A stretch of 64,000 nt of DNA from Cellvibrionales bacterium (GTDB lineage: Bacteria > Pseudomonadota > Gammaproteobacteria > Pseudomonadales > UBA7239), in contig JAYVJM010000079.1 of the NCBI GenBank assembly GCA_043769275.1, positions 1,182 through 65,181 of the forward strand, given 5' to 3'. The position numbers and the translations under genes are program-made. Below the pieces are notes generated by a model. That model had not been told where the DNA came from. It saw only the letters and a list, made by a program, of their open reading frames with translations, and did not search any database. Every line of letters begins with the position of its first letter. Position 1 is the stretch's first letter. This document shows positions 29,601-39,719 of this stretch, in pieces.

Positions 29601-30557
29601 GTCGAGCTGTGATGTCGCGCAACCCTTAGCATCAACAACCGCACCCGCTGGCGTGCTTGGGCATTTGTCCAGCGCATCATTAACCGTATCTTTATCTGTA
29701 TCACGCTGTTCTGCTGCGCAACCGCTGGCATCCACTTTGGCTCCCGCCGCCGTACCCAAACACTTATCTTTTGTTTCGTCGTCTACTTTGTCGCCGTCTT
29801 GGTCAAGAATGATAAGCGTGCCGCTGAAGGTGTAGCTTTGAAAAGTATTGCCCGTCACGCCAATTGATAGACTGCCGCCAACATCGATGCCAACGCCCTC
29901 GCCGGTAAAGCTTTTACCGTCTGCCGAAAATGTCAGCTTCATGTAAAAACGCTCCTGGTCGGGATTGGCCAAAAAATACTGATTCTGCCCACCACACACA
30001 GTGCTGTTGCCCGTGCAACTGCCACCGGCTGCAGTGGGTACCGCAGGCGAGGAGTTCCACAGTAAGCGCGCATCACTACCTTGGTCTTTATTGCCGCCAA
30101 AGGTTATTGCTTGCCCTAGAGTCAATGCGCGCGTAGCGGCATCGTAAGCGACCGTACCGGCTCCAAACCGGTAAATAGCATTAGGCTGTGTGATGGTTGC
30201 ATACATCCAGCCAACAACTGGCGCATTTACCGCAACATCAGTCTTCCAGCTTGGGTAATCCAAAATACCTGTAACGGTTTTTTTGGCGGTATCAATTTTC
30301 CATACGCTGGCGTGATTGCCCACCGCCAGCGGGTTGGCATTGGCAGCATCACCGAAAGGCGGATTGCCTGGCACCATAGTCAAGCCGGGGTCTGATGTTG
30401 CCCCCACCGTATCAATGCCCGTAATGGCACCAGTCACATTGTAATAAGCCGCATAAGCGCTAGGCGTGGAAACAAGGAAGCTGGCGGCCAACAGGCCAAA
30501 GGCAAAGAGGCGCGCAGAAAAACCGCAACGGGAGATACGGGAGTAAATAGAACTCAT
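26643..30557 (-). CDS. 1304-aa secreted protein with thrombospondin type-3 Ca-binding repeats, delta-60-type repeats and a 37-aa tandem array
   Basis: There is a Sec signal ([15 protein letters not shown]) and a strong SD (AAGGAGG) before the ATG at 30557. TSP3 motifs recur ([50 protein letters not shown]..GDVCD). Six units of about 55-60 aa carry DG.LD..FG..G. The array consists of six DDDD.D.V.N..D.CPNT...G..GV...GCS.AQRP. units. Confidence 0.9.
   Translation of the reverse strand: [1304 protein letters not shown]
26931..27580 (-). repeat. six tandem 111-nt (37-aa) coding repeats inside the giant gene
   Basis: The motif atcgtc(g/a)ttcggg recurs at 27018 and 27129, a period of 111 nt. Protein units R1-R6 run from [17 protein letters not shown]... 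to [18 protein letters not shown].... Confidence 0.9.
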
Positions 30558-30840
30558 GGCTTGCGCCTCCTTGTGAATTATTTTTTGTTAGTTATTCGTG
30601 CAGACTGTAACACCGGCTTTAAGAAGAAAACAATAGGGCAGGAGCTGAAAGCAACGACGGGCGGAAAAATCCCGAGACGACCGCAAGGGAAAGCCGATGA
30701 GGCAACAAAAACTTAAGCCACGCATTCGGCAATTTTGCCGCATTTATACCCACCATCCAGTCAATCGATTAGACTGTCGCCCCTCCAGCAAAGCCAGCCG
30801 ACATATATGCAACCTACCATCTATCTGCAAGCCTAAAAAA

Positions 30841-31677
30841 ATGAATGCGATAGGCAGCACCTTGCGACGCGCCCAAGACAGGCTGGCCACGGACAACGCA
30901 CGCTTAGAGGCCGATGTACTGTTGGCGCATGTGTTGCAATGCGAGCGCAGCTTTTTGTATGCACAGAGCGATGTACGCTTGAATGACAGCGATGCCTGTC
31001 AATTTGAAGGCTATGTGCAGCGCCGTGCGGCCGGCGAGCCGCTGGCTTACATCACAAAACAGCGCGAGTTTTGGTCGCTAACGCTAGAGGTTAATCACCA
31101 TACGTTAATCCCCCGCCCCGATACCGAAACGCTGGTATCCCACGCGCTGGAACTCTGCACCTCAAAAAATGCACGTACGCTGGAGCTAGGCACCGGCAGC
31201 GGCGCAATTGCGCTGGCACTCGCGTTTGAAAAACCGTTGTGGAAAATTGACGCGGTAGACGTGGTGCCAGAGGCGGTTCTATTGGCGCAAAGAAACCAAG
31301 CCGCTTTGGCTATACAAAACGTATGCGCTTATCACAGCGACTGGTTTGCGAGCGTGCGTCCAGAACAGTTTGAATTGATTCTCAGCAACCCACCTTATAT
31401 CGACAGCCATGACCCGCACTTGACGATGGGCGATGTGGCGTTTGAGCCACGCACAGCACTTGTGGCGGCGAATAATGGCTTGGCGGATATTTTTTTGATT
31501 ATTGAGCAGGCTGTGCTTTTTTTGGCACCGAATGCTTGGCTGCTGCTGGAACACGGTTTCGAGCAAGGCGGGGCTGTACGTGCTTTTATGCTGGAGAAAA
31601 ACTACGTTGATGTACACACCGTGAGCGACCTAGCGGGTTTGCCGCGCGTTACAGCCGGGAGATTTCCAAGTGAATGA
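30841..31677 (+). CDS. prmC: release-factor glutamine N5-methyltransferase PrmC/HemK
   Basis: It has the NPPY motif (LILSNPPYI), the SAM motif LELGTGSGAIAL and PLAYITKQREFW. I set the start at the ATG at 30841; the track extension from 30697 looks non-coding. Confidence 0.9.
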   Translation: MNAIGSTLRRAQDRLATDNARLEADVLLAHVLQCERSFLYAQSDVRLNDSDACQFEGYVQRRAAGEPLAYITKQREFWSLTLEVNHHTLIPRPDTETLVSHALELCTSKNARTLELGTGSGAIALALAFEKPLWKIDAVDVVPEAVLLAQRNQAALAIQNVCAYHSDWFASVRPEQFELILSNPPYIDSHDPHLTMGDVAFEPRTALVAANNGLADIFLIIEQAVLFLAPNAWLLLEHGFEQGGAVRAFMLEKNYVDVHTVSDLAGLPRVTAGRFPSE

Positions 31678-32455
31678 CGAGCGGCTGCTGCGCTATAGCC
31701 GCCACATTTTACTGGACGGCTTTGACATTGCCGGTCAGGAACGGCTTATTCAGGCACGCGTGCTGATTGTGGGTGCCGGCGGTTTGGGCTGCGCTGCGGC
31801 CATGTATCTGGCGGCGAGCGGTGTCGGCACGTTAATTATTGCCGATGATGACGTGGTGGACATCAGCAATTTACAGCGTCAAATTGGGCATAGCACCGCC
31901 GATATTGGCCGCGCAAAAGTGAACTCGCTCGCAGACCGACTCCGTGCGCTCAATCCGAACGTGAACGTAGTGCCTTTACATGCGCGCTTGTTAGGCAGCG
32001 CGTTACGGGAGACGGTAGGCTCTGTCGATACCGTACTGGATTGCTCGGATAATTTTATGACGCGCCACGCGATCAATCGCGCCTGTGTCGCACAGCAAAA
32101 ACCGTTGGTATCAGGTGCCGCTATTCGCTTCGAAGGGCAAGTGGTGGTGTTTAATCAGGCCGCAGACAGTCCCTGCTATGCCTGCTTGTACGGGGAACAA
32201 CCAGAGGAAGACGACACTCTAAGCTGCAGCGAACTCGGTGTTCTGGCTCCGCTTGTCGGCGTTGTCGGCTCACTACAGACTGCAGAAGCTTTGCGGCTTT
32301 TGGTAGGTTTTGGCAAAAAAGAGAGCAAGAAGGATTGTTGCTTACATGTGATCGACTTGCGCTGCATGGAGTGGCGATCGATCACGCTCAAAAAAGACCC
32401 GCAATGCACCGTGTGTGCTAGCACAATCACTGAGGCACTAACTCACCATGTTTGA
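31670..32455 (+). CDS. moeB: molybdopterin-synthase adenylyltransferase MoeB (ThiF family)
   Basis: RYSRHILL, VGAGGLGCAAAMYLAASGVG, and two CxxC pairs (CYAC, CTVC). It follows prmC, as in Pseudomonas. Confidence 0.85.
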   Translation: MNDERLLRYSRHILLDGFDIAGQERLIQARVLIVGAGGLGCAAAMYLAASGVGTLIIADDDVVDISNLQRQIGHSTADIGRAKVNSLADRLRALNPNVNVVPLHARLLGSALRETVGSVDTVLDCSDNFMTRHAINRACVAQQKPLVSGAAIRFEGQVVVFNQAADSPCYACLYGEQPEEDDTLSCSELGVLAPLVGVVGSLQTAEALRLLVGFGKKESKKDCCLHVIDLRCMEWRSITLKKDPQCTVCASTITEALTHHV

Positions 32456-33527
32456 TGCGCAAAAACTCTTCACCGTGAAACCATTGGATCGTCGCCTGCA
32501 AGCTGCAACACAAGACAAAATTGACCAAAAAATCAAGCCGTACGGGGCGTTAGGCGTATTGGAGCAAGTGGCTTTGCAGGTTGCGCTAATCCAAAAAACC
32601 CTCTCGCCGACACTAAAACGGCCTCAAATGCTGCTGTTTGCTGGCGATCACGGCATTGTGGCGGAAGGTGTCAGCCCATTTTTGCAAGTAGTTACGCAGC
32701 AAATGGTGCGCAATTTTATGGAAGGCGGCGCGGCGATCAACGTGTTTTGTCGACAACATGGCATTGCCGTTGAAGTAGTGGACGCTGGCGTAAATGGCGA
32801 CTTGTCAGGCCTCCCCATCACACAAGCAAAAGTGGCGATGGGTACGCGAAGTTTTTTGCACGAGCCGGCCATGACGGCTGTGCAGTGTGAACAAGCGATT
32901 GCCCGAGGTGCTGCACTGGCGCGCGCCAAGTCTGAATCAGGCTGCAACGTGCTGGCTCTGGGTGAAATGGGCATTGGAAATACGTCCTCTGCTGCCGCGA
33001 TATTTAGTGTTTTGTCTGGCGTTCCAGTCGCTGAATGCGTCGGTCGCGGCACAGGACTAGACAGTGCCGGCCTTCATCACAAGGTAGACGTGCTGCAACA
33101 GGCGATTGCGTTTCATGGCACGATACATGACCCCTTTACCATTTTGTGTACCTTTGGCGGCTTTGAAGTTGCCATGATGTGTGGCGCAATGCTGGCGGCC
33201 TGTGAACAAAGCATGCTGGTGTCTATTGACGGCTTTATTGCTAGCTGTGCGGCGGCCATTGCCTTTGCACTGGAGCCACATGCGCGTGATTACTGCGTTT
33301 TCTCCCACCTTTCCGGTGAATGTGGGCACAAAAAGCTGCTGGACTACTTGCAGGTGACACCGCTGGTGTCGCTTGGCATGCATTTAGGCGAAGGCAGCGG
33401 CTCGGCGGTAACTTATCCGCTGTTGGTTTCTGCCGTTAGTTTTTTCAATGAAATGACCTCGTTTGATGAGGCGGGCGTTGATAAACAAATCGTAGAGCCT
33501 GAGCCTAAACCCGCTCTACACGCCTAA
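32448..33527 (+). CDS. cobT: nicotinate-nucleotide--dimethylbenzimidazole phosphoribosyltransferase
   Basis: LGEMGIGNTSSAAA and the LGEGSGSA motifs. About 350 aa. Confidence 0.88.
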   Translation: MFDAQKLFTVKPLDRRLQAATQDKIDQKIKPYGALGVLEQVALQVALIQKTLSPTLKRPQMLLFAGDHGIVAEGVSPFLQVVTQQMVRNFMEGGAAINVFCRQHGIAVEVVDAGVNGDLSGLPITQAKVAMGTRSFLHEPAMTAVQCEQAIARGAALARAKSESGCNVLALGEMGIGNTSSAAAIFSVLSGVPVAECVGRGTGLDSAGLHHKVDVLQQAIAFHGTIHDPFTILCTFGGFEVAMMCGAMLAACEQSMLVSIDGFIASCAAAIAFALEPHARDYCVFSHLSGECGHKKLLDYLQVTPLVSLGMHLGEGSGSAVTYPLLVSAVSFFNEMTSFDEAGVDKQIVEPEPKPALHA

Positions 33528-33658
33528 TGCCAACACTAAAAACAGAAGGCAAACCCCAAAACGTGCGCATCTCCGTTTGTGCCGGCTCTATCGAAGCGCG
33601 TAGATGCTGCATTTTTGTTATCCACATGGGCGAACTGCTACCATGCTTATCCCTGTAA

Positions 33659-34510
<852 letters not shown>

Positions 34511-34545
34511 AACCTGCGTATTAAAACAAGATGCTCGATCGCCCC

Positions 34546-34632
34546 CCCGTTCGCCATGATGTTTCCGCTCGTCCTAAGCCTGTCGAAGGACTCGAATAGC
34601 TCCGCTCATGGCTCGACAAACCCACCGAACGG
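34546..34632. repeat. palindromic intergenic repeat, family copy B
   Basis: cccgttcgcc...ccgctcgtcctaagcctgtcgaagg...gctcgacaaacccaccgaacgg. The arms are imperfect reverse complements. It lies between dapB and queG. Confidence 0.7.
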
Positions 34633-34638
34633 AGTCTT

Positions 34639-35787
34639 ATGCTTAACCCCACCCTAAGCCTACAAAAACTACAAAGCTGGGCACTGGAGCTGGGCTTTCA
34701 GCAAGTGGGCATAAGCGACATCGACATCAGTGCCCACGCCCAACACCTGCAAAACTGGTTGAGTAAAAAACATCACGGCAGTATGGCATGGATGGAAAAA
34801 CACGCCGCGCTACGCGCCGATCCGCACCGATTATTGCCGGATGCGACAGAAGCGAAAAACTTGCGTGTCATTTCTGTGCGTATGGATTATTTGCCAGACG
34901 ATAATGCACCAAACGACAAGTTGCCTGCGAAAAAAAACAACCTGATCGCCAAGGTCAGCGCCGATGGCACGGCCTATATCGCGCGTTACACCTTGGGGCG
35001 CGACTACCATAAAGTGCTGCGCAAGCGGCTGGCGGCACTGGCTCTGCGTATTGAACAACACGCACAGGAACCTGCATCAGACAGCGGGCAACATTTCCGC
35101 GCGCTCGTCGACAGCGCGCCTTTGCTGGAGCGCGCCTTTGCCGAAAAAGCCGGCTTAGGCTGGATAGGCAAAAACACCATGCTGATTAACAGCCGTGCTG
35201 GCTCGTATTTTTTTCTGGGCGAAATACTCACCGATCTGCCGTTGCCTGTAAGCACTGCTCCGCCAGACGCACATTGCGGCAGTTGCACAGCCTGCCTCGA
35301 TTTATGCCCCACAAAAGCCTTTGTTGCGCCTTATCAGCTCGACGCACGCCGCTGCATTTCCTATCTCACCATTGAAAATAAAGGGGCTATTCCGCTGGAA
35401 TTGCGCCCGCTGATTGGCAATCGTATTTTTGGTTGCGATGACTGCCAAGCCGTCTGCCCGTGGAATAAATTTGCGCACGCATCAATGGAAGAGGATTTTC
35501 AGCCGCGCCACGGCCTAGACCATATCGCGCTCATTGAGCTCTTTGGCTGGAATGAAGAAGAGTATCTGCACAAAACCGCCGGTTCCGCGCTGCGACGCAT
35601 TGGTTACGCCGGCTGGCTGCGCAACATTGCCGTCGCGCTGGGCAATGCACACCGTCGCGCCGACATTACTGATGCGCTGCTCGCACGACGGGATGATCCT
35701 TCAGGCTTGGTACGCGAGCACGTAGCGTGGGCGCTTGGCAGGCATAGCGCGGCAACTTTCCTTCCGATTGGCGGAACAAAAAACTAA
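34639..35787 (+). CDS. queG: epoxyqueuosine reductase
   Basis: It has two 4Fe-4S motifs (CGSCTACLDLCPT, CDDCQAVCPWNKF) and C-terminal HEAT-like repeats. Confidence 0.9.
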   Translation: MLNPTLSLQKLQSWALELGFQQVGISDIDISAHAQHLQNWLSKKHHGSMAWMEKHAALRADPHRLLPDATEAKNLRVISVRMDYLPDDNAPNDKLPAKKNNLIAKVSADGTAYIARYTLGRDYHKVLRKRLAALALRIEQHAQEPASDSGQHFRALVDSAPLLERAFAEKAGLGWIGKNTMLINSRAGSYFFLGEILTDLPLPVSTAPPDAHCGSCTACLDLCPTKAFVAPYQLDARRCISYLTIENKGAIPLELRPLIGNRIFGCDDCQAVCPWNKFAHASMEEDFQPRHGLDHIALIELFGWNEEEYLHKTAGSALRRIGYAGWLRNIAVALGNAHRRADITDALLARRDDPSGLVREHVAWALGRHSAATFLPIGGTKN

Positions 35788-35820
35788 GCTCGTCTATTGT
35801 TAAGCATGCGCCTCTTTCAT

Positions 35821-35907
35821 GCTTCGATACGCGCAAAAAACTGTGCTACTCCGCACGAACGGTAAATTACAACCCGTTCGCGCTGAGCTTGTCGAAGGGC
35901 AATCGAC
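35821..35907. repeat. nested palindromic repeat, family copy C (upstream flank of glycosylation operon)
   Basis: gcttcgatacgcgc..gctactccgcacgaacgg-taaattacaac-ccgttcgcgctgagcttgtcgaagggc. Its translation is the source of spurious ORF 35817..36008 (..LRQAQRERV..). Confidence 0.75.
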
Positions 35908-35925
35908 CCAAAGGAATACGCGCGC

Positions 35926-37806
35926 ATGTTGCACAAGGATTGGCGACGACTTGCTTTTTCCCTGCCCGCACTGTCTTTTGCGCTGTTGCTGCTAAGTCTT
36001 GCCGTCACTTTTTTTGCGCCAAAACAAATTCCGTGGGACGCATGGGGCTACCACTACTACTCCGGCGCGATGCTGCTTGAAAACCGCTTGGACAGCGACT
36101 ACTTCGCCGCATCCAGCCAGAGTTACCTCAACCCGCTGGTGCATGCGCCGTTTGCTGCGATGGTGCATGCGCACTGGCCAAGCGTGGCGGTAGGCTTTGT
36201 ACTCACTTGCTATGGCGCGCTGGCGTTGGTGCTGCTGGCTGTCTTTTATCGCGTAAGTTTGCATTTACGCAATGAGGAACTGCTGGCGGCACTGGCTTTA
36301 TCGTTGCTGCAACTGCTGGTGTGGTGGTGCATGGGCAGCAGCTTTGCCGATCTTTTTCTGCTCTGCCCTGTTTTTTTGGCGCTGATTTTTCTGTATCAAG
36401 CACAAGACACCCAAAAGATGCGCCAGACTCTCGCATCTGGCTTCTGTTTTGGTGTGGCTTTTGGGCTGAAATTTACCGCGATTATTTACGCGCCCGGGCT
36501 GGCGCTCTTGCTTTTATTGTGGGTGTGGCGCGGCACGCTTCGCTGGAACACTCTCGTTTTGTATCCGCTAGCGGCATTGTTGGGTTTGTGCGCCAGCTAT
36601 GGCTGGTGGGGCTGGCAGCTCTACCGGCATTTCGGCAACCCGTTTTTTCCTTTTTTTAATCACTATTTTCGTTACCCCTACTTCCCCATCAACACAGCCA
36701 CGCATAGCCGTTTTGTCAGTTGGGACGTGCTGGCGCAAGCAGTGCTGCCATTTCATATGGCCTCGACCGAACCAATGGTGTACGTAGAGCGGCTAATGCC
36801 AGACTTGCGGCCTGCCCTATTTCTAACTCTACTGCCGCTGGTTTTTTTTATTAAATACGGACTAAAACGTGCGACATACTTGCGCACAACAGAACAAGAT
36901 TTTTTGCTGTTTGTGTTGCTGACGCTGTACACATGGGTGTTTACCTCTGGCAATGGGCGTTATGGCATGGGCGTTTTTTTGCTGCTGGGGGCTGCGCTGT
37001 TTATGGTTTTGCGTGTGCTGCTGCCCGCCAAAATCCTGTGGCGCGCTGTGTTGTGGTTTTTGTTGCTGCAAGGAGCGGTGGTGTTTAGCGCAGTGGATTT
37101 CAATTTTGATCGCAGCAATTGGAAAGGCGAATGGTTTGCTATGGATTTTCGAGATGTGGCAAGCCAAAACAAGCAACTGATCTTAACATCCACCAGCATC
37201 AGCTATTCCGTGATGCTAAAAGACATGGGACAAGGCTCCACGCTGATGAACCTGTCGGGGCAATTCAACATGGAAAACAATGCGCTGATTCAGGCAAAAG
37301 TCGCCGCTTACAACGAGCGTATCTTTGGGGTCAGTGCGCTATCGCCCGATCTGCTGAAAGACAAAACACGACTGCAAACGGCTTTTTTTGATGAATTTGG
37401 CCGTTTTGGCTTGGCACTGGGCGACCCGGCCGGTTGTCGCCTGAAGCACTCAACAGTAGAGGGCATTTTGAATAATGACCTGCTGTTTTGCCAGCTCAAA
37501 CCGGATGCCTTTGCCATTGCGCGTTACGCAGAAAAAACGCAATGGGCGAGACACGCCGCCGCACTGCTTGAGCCGCTGTGTCCGGAAGCTTTTTCACCCA
37601 CGCAGAGCAGTGTGCGGATTACAGGAACGCACTTTGTTAAGCGTTACGATGCAGGCGACATAATGCTGCATCTATACCGCCCCGAAATAGCCATCGCTTT
37701 TAATATGACGCGCCCCAAACTAATGGCGAGTATTGATCTACGCGAGACGCAAACCCTTTCAAAAAATACTTGGCGGGAAAAATATTGCCTGCCGCTGCTA
37801 CGCTAA
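35926..37806 (+). CDS. polytopic membrane protein, candidate GT-C-fold glycosyltransferase (ArnT/PMT/YfhO-like role)
   Basis: 626 aa. About 11-12 hydrophobic helices span the first ~390 aa, and the first loop has acidic residues (ENRLDSDYF). A ~230-aa soluble C-terminal domain follows. It is the first gene of an operon with GT2 and GtrA-like genes. The fold is inferred from architecture and context only. Confidence 0.55.
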   Translation: MLHKDWRRLAFSLPALSFALLLLSLAVTFFAPKQIPWDAWGYHYYSGAMLLENRLDSDYFAASSQSYLNPLVHAPFAAMVHAHWPSVAVGFVLTCYGALALVLLAVFYRVSLHLRNEELLAALALSLLQLLVWWCMGSSFADLFLLCPVFLALIFLYQAQDTQKMRQTLASGFCFGVAFGLKFTAIIYAPGLALLLLLWVWRGTLRWNTLVLYPLAALLGLCASYGWWGWQLYRHFGNPFFPFFNHYFRYPYFPINTATHSRFVSWDVLAQAVLPFHMASTEPMVYVERLMPDLRPALFLTLLPLVFFIKYGLKRATYLRTTEQDFLLFVLLTLYTWVFTSGNGRYGMGVFLLLGAALFMVLRVLLPAKILWRAVLWFLLLQGAVVFSAVDFNFDRSNWKGEWFAMDFRDVASQNKQLILTSTSISYSVMLKDMGQGSTLMNLSGQFNMENNALIQAKVAAYNERIFGVSALSPDLLKDKTRLQTAFFDEFGRFGLALGDPAGCRLKHSTVEGILNNDLLFCQLKPDAFAIARYAEKTQWARHAAALLEPLCPEAFSPTQSSVRITGTHFVKRYDAGDIMLHLYRPEIAIAFNMTRPKLMASIDLRETQTLSKNTWREKYCLPLLR

Positions 37807-37818
37807 AGCAATAGCACT

Positions 37819-38985
37819 ATGCAGAAAAAGGAGTTTTTCGTGGAGCTGTCCATTGTTATTCCCTGCTTGAACGAGGCAAAAACCGTTGGTTCTTGTGTGA
37901 GTAAAGCACTGGCCTTTATGGCACACGCCGACATCCACGGCGAAGTGATTGTGGCTGACAACGGCTCCACCGATAATTCCGTCACCCTTGCTCGCTCGCA
38001 CGGCGCGCACGTGGTTCGCATTGCGCAAAAAGGCTATGGCAACGCACTGCGCGGCGGCATCGAAGCGGCGCGCGGGCAGTACGTCATCATGGGCGATGCC
38101 GATGCCAGCTATGATTTTTCTCGGCTGGAAGCCTTTGTCTCCGCTCTGCGCACCGGCGCCGATTTAGTCATGGGCAATCGTTTTCGCGGCGGCATCTCAC
38201 CCCGTGCTATGCCCGCACTTCACCGCTATGTTGGCAATCCTGTACTCAGTTTTATTGGTCGCCTGTTGTATCGAACCCATATTGGCGATTTTCACTGCGG
38301 CCTACGCGGCTTTGTGCGTCAGCGTATGCTCGATTTACACCTCAACAGTACCGGCATGGAGTTCGCCAGTGAAATGGTGATGAAAGCCTGCATGGCCGGT
38401 TACACCTTACAAGAAATACCCACCACCTTGCAGCCTGATGGCCGCGACCATCCGCCGCATTTGAGCAGTTGGCGCGACGGCTGGGCGCACCTCAAGCTAT
38501 TACTCTCTTACGCCCCAGACTGGCTGTTTCTATACCCTGCCCTGCTGCTGATCACCGTGTCTTTTGTGATGTTTGTTCTGTTGCTCGCCGGCAACTTCCA
38601 AGTGGGTGCAATTGGGCTGGGTATCCATACCTTACTTTATGCCGGCATGGGGCTGTGTGCAGGCCTTGGCATGTTGCTGTATTACTTGCTGGTACAGCGT
38701 TTGGTTGCGCGCAGAGGCTGGCTGCTGCACAGCCGTGTGCAGCCAAACCAGCATTCGCTGCTCTATAACGAAGACGCCCTTTTGCTGACTGGTGGCGGTT
38801 TGGCAACAGTCGGGGTGTTGGCGGGCATGCAAGCCCTGCATATCTGGAGCGGCCACGGCTTTGGCTCCTTGCTAGGATTTCATGACGTAACGCGATGGAC
38901 TGCGTTTTCGGTTTTCTGCCTGCTGGTCGGCTTTCAACTATTTTCTTACGCACTGCTACTTATGGTGATGGACAGGATTGATTAG
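37819..38985 (+). CDS. GT2-family glycosyltransferase with C-terminal TM helices (polyprenyl-phosphate sugar synthase type)
   Basis: LSIVIPCLNEAKTVG, VADNGSTDNS and the DxD motif (MGDADASYD). The C-terminal ~150 aa form about four TM helices, as in DPM1/GtrB/ArnC-like enzymes. Confidence 0.8.
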   Translation: MQKKEFFVELSIVIPCLNEAKTVGSCVSKALAFMAHADIHGEVIVADNGSTDNSVTLARSHGAHVVRIAQKGYGNALRGGIEAARGQYVIMGDADASYDFSRLEAFVSALRTGADLVMGNRFRGGISPRAMPALHRYVGNPVLSFIGRLLYRTHIGDFHCGLRGFVRQRMLDLHLNSTGMEFASEMVMKACMAGYTLQEIPTTLQPDGRDHPPHLSSWRDGWAHLKLLLSYAPDWLFLYPALLLITVSFVMFVLLLAGNFQVGAIGLGIHTLLYAGMGLCAGLGMLLYYLLVQRLVARRGWLLHSRVQPNQHSLLYNEDALLLTGGGLATVGVLAGMQALHIWSGHGFGSLLGFHDVTRWTAFSVFCLLVGFQLFSYALLLMVMDRID

Positions 38986-38999
38986 GCAGGTACAGCATC

Positions 39000-39719
39000 A
39001 TGGAAGAATCCTTATCATCCCCAAAAAGCACTCGCCTACACCGACGCTGGTGGGATTATGACGGCTACCCGCTGCGCGGATTAGCACACGCCATTGAGCG
39101 CGCATTGACACGTTGTGCAGAGAAACTTGAGGACGCGCGTGCGCTCGATTTTGGCTGCGGCGACAAACCCTACGCGGCATTGTTTGCGCGTCTCGGCATA
39201 CGCTATCAAAGCGCGGATATCGAAGGCACTGTCGACTTTCCCGTGCAAGCTAATGGTCAAGTAATGGCTCCCTCTGCCACATTTGAAATAGTGACGTCTT
39301 TTCAGGTTTTGGAACATGTGTGGGATATCGACACCTACCTGCACGAGTGCGCCCGCCTACTGCGCACTGACGGCGTACTGCTACTGTCGACACACGGGGT
39401 TTGGCTTTATCACCCGCATCCAGGTGATTTTCGTCGCTGGACGCGGGCAGGGCTGGTACGCGAACTGGAGTCTCGGGGCTTTGTCGTTGAATCGGTCGAG
39501 TCCATTGTCGGCCCCATGGGATGGACTTTAGTGATGCGTCTATTGGGCTATGTCTCCATTTTCCAAAAAATTCCGCTACTGGGCAGCGGCCTGACAGTCC
39601 TGTTTTCGCTTGTGATGAACCTACGCGCCCTACTAGAAGACAAAATAACGCCACACGCGGTTTTACAGGAAAACGCCTGCATGTACCTCGTCACAGCCAG
39701 AAAAGCTCATGCGGTTTAG
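39000..39719 (+). CDS. class I SAM-dependent methyltransferase with hydrophobic C-terminal segment
   Basis: It has SAM motif I (ALDFGCGDKPY) and a motif post-II region (FEIVTSFQVLEHV...DGVLLLSTH). The C-terminus GWTLVMRLLGYVSIF..LLGSGLTVLFSLVM is hydrophobic. Confidence 0.7.
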   Translation: MEESLSSPKSTRLHRRWWDYDGYPLRGLAHAIERALTRCAEKLEDARALDFGCGDKPYAALFARLGIRYQSADIEGTVDFPVQANGQVMAPSATFEIVTSFQVLEHVWDIDTYLHECARLLRTDGVLLLSTHGVWLYHPHPGDFRRWTRAGLVRELESRGFVVESVESIVGPMGWTLVMRLLGYVSIFQKIPLLGSGLTVLFSLVMNLRALLEDKITPHAVLQENACMYLVTARKAHAV

